Shown one piece after another: positions 62,880-64,000 of a stretch of DNA of 64,000 nucleotides (the first letter of the stretch is position 1; every line of letters starts with the position of its first letter). Location of the stretch: the NCBI GenBank assembly GCA_038087875.1, contig JAXLNO010004994.1, positions 1-64,000 on the forward strand, in the 5' to 3' direction. Position numbers and translations under genes: made by a program. Below the pieces are notes generated by a model. That model had not been told where the DNA came from. It saw only the letters and a list, made by a program, of their open reading frames with translations, and ran no database searches. The DNA comes from Malacoraja senta. Its lineage: Eukaryota.

Positions 62880-64000
62880 CTGAAATGAAGGGGAGAAACT
62901 TTCAGATGGAGAGAAAATGAACTGTTTAATGGAAATAGATACATTTTGAAGAAAACATGCAAGAAAACTTAAATCGTTCCACGATGTGTCATATTGCTTC
63001 ACGGCCAATGTCTCCGGTCTGAAGTGCAGGCAGTGCTGTTATTGTACCTGTTGTGTCAGTGTTCTGTCCCCGGGTCAGTACAATTAGGGTTCACTTCCCA
63101 CTCCAGATCCCTGAGCAGAAACTGGGCTGGGATCGCAGTGCGGTACTGAGGGAGCGCGGCAGTGTTGCAGGAGCTGCCTTTCAACAATCCCAGGCGGTGC
63201 CCGGCCTCTCACCCTGCAGAAAGACCTCACTTTGCTATTTCATTGGCGGTGCCGCCGGCTACGCTGCCAACATTCATCTCTCAACCGACACTGGGCCGGA
63301 CCCGTGTTTAGGCATTCACCGCCGCCACTGCTTTTACATAGCCCTGACTGAGAACAGAGGACGGACGGGTTACAATAAAGCGGGTCAAGAAATAAGAGAC
63401 AATAGGTGTAGGAGTAGGCCATTCGGCCCTTCGAGCCAGCACCGACATTCACTATGATCATGGCTGATCATCCACAACCAGTACCCCGTTCCTACCTTCT
63501 CACCATTTCCCATAGCGCCGCTATCTTTTAGAGCTCCATCTAACTCTCTCGCTCTGACGTTTCGGGTCGAGACCCATGCTCAGACCCGAAACGTTACCCA
63601 TTTCTTCTCTCCAGAGATGCTGCCTGAATCGCTGAGTTAATCCAGCATTTTTTGTCTATCTTTAATTGTCTTTTATTTCCTTATCTCAACAGAACCTAAA
63701 TCTATTCGTGATTCGTTAACATCAGTAGGGTTCACTTCAAATACAAATGTAACACCCGATAACAATCATCAGGAAACCACTGCGCCCAGTTACTCTAACG
63801 GGTATAGTGTTCTCTTGCTCAATTTTTGATTGGTCTTGCTTTTCAATATGAGAGGTGGAGACACAAGGAACTGTAGATACATACATAGATAAATAGATAC
63901 ATATATACATAGGCAATAGGTGCAGGAGTAGGCCATTCAGCCCTTCGAGCCAGCACCGCCATTCAATGTGTTCATGGCTGATCATCCAGAATCAGTAACC

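Larger units (their letters stand above)
42964..64000 (-). other. Gene A (5' end outside the window): activating-type paralogue, V*-V-C2*-V-C2-stalk(x2)-TM(Arg)
   Basis: Exon order matches gene B at an offset of about 29.1-29.6 kb; different TM exon; terminal exon not identified. Confidence 0.72.

Noticed and set aside
1-64000. CRISPR array or prokaryotic operon
   Set aside because: No regularly spaced short repeats; spliceosomal exon structure and vertebrate retroelements throughout.

Overview
Eukaryotic genomic DNA, very probably from a cartilaginous fish (skate/ray type). This is inferred from HE1-like tRNA SINEs, Deu-domain SINE relics, CR1 LINEs with (TTTCTATG)n tails, Penelope fragments and an L1. 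The window is a minus-strand tandem array of CD300/pIgR-like (MDIR-like) Ig-superfamily receptor genes. Most of the structure sits in small exons the ORF track misses, so I rebuilt it from splice sites and exon phases. Gene B (37401->12594) is nearly complete: leader, V, V(nonsense), V, C2, V, C2(1-nt deletion), 49-nt stalk, uncharged TM, and a tail with two ITIMs plus one ITSM, i.e. inhibitory. Gene A (>64000->42964) has a near-identical ectodomain block but an unrelated Arg/Lys-bearing TM exon and no ITIM exon in view, i.e. activating type. Gene C begins at 2056 (leader + V) and runs off the left edge. An orphan truncated V exon lies at 5.7-6.0 kb. Best reading: a paired activating/inhibitory receptor locus with an interleaved V-V-V-C2-V-C2 ectodomain, undergoing exon-level birth and death. 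Percent identities quoted are visual estimates, repeat boundaries are approximate, and single-base indels could be assembly errors.
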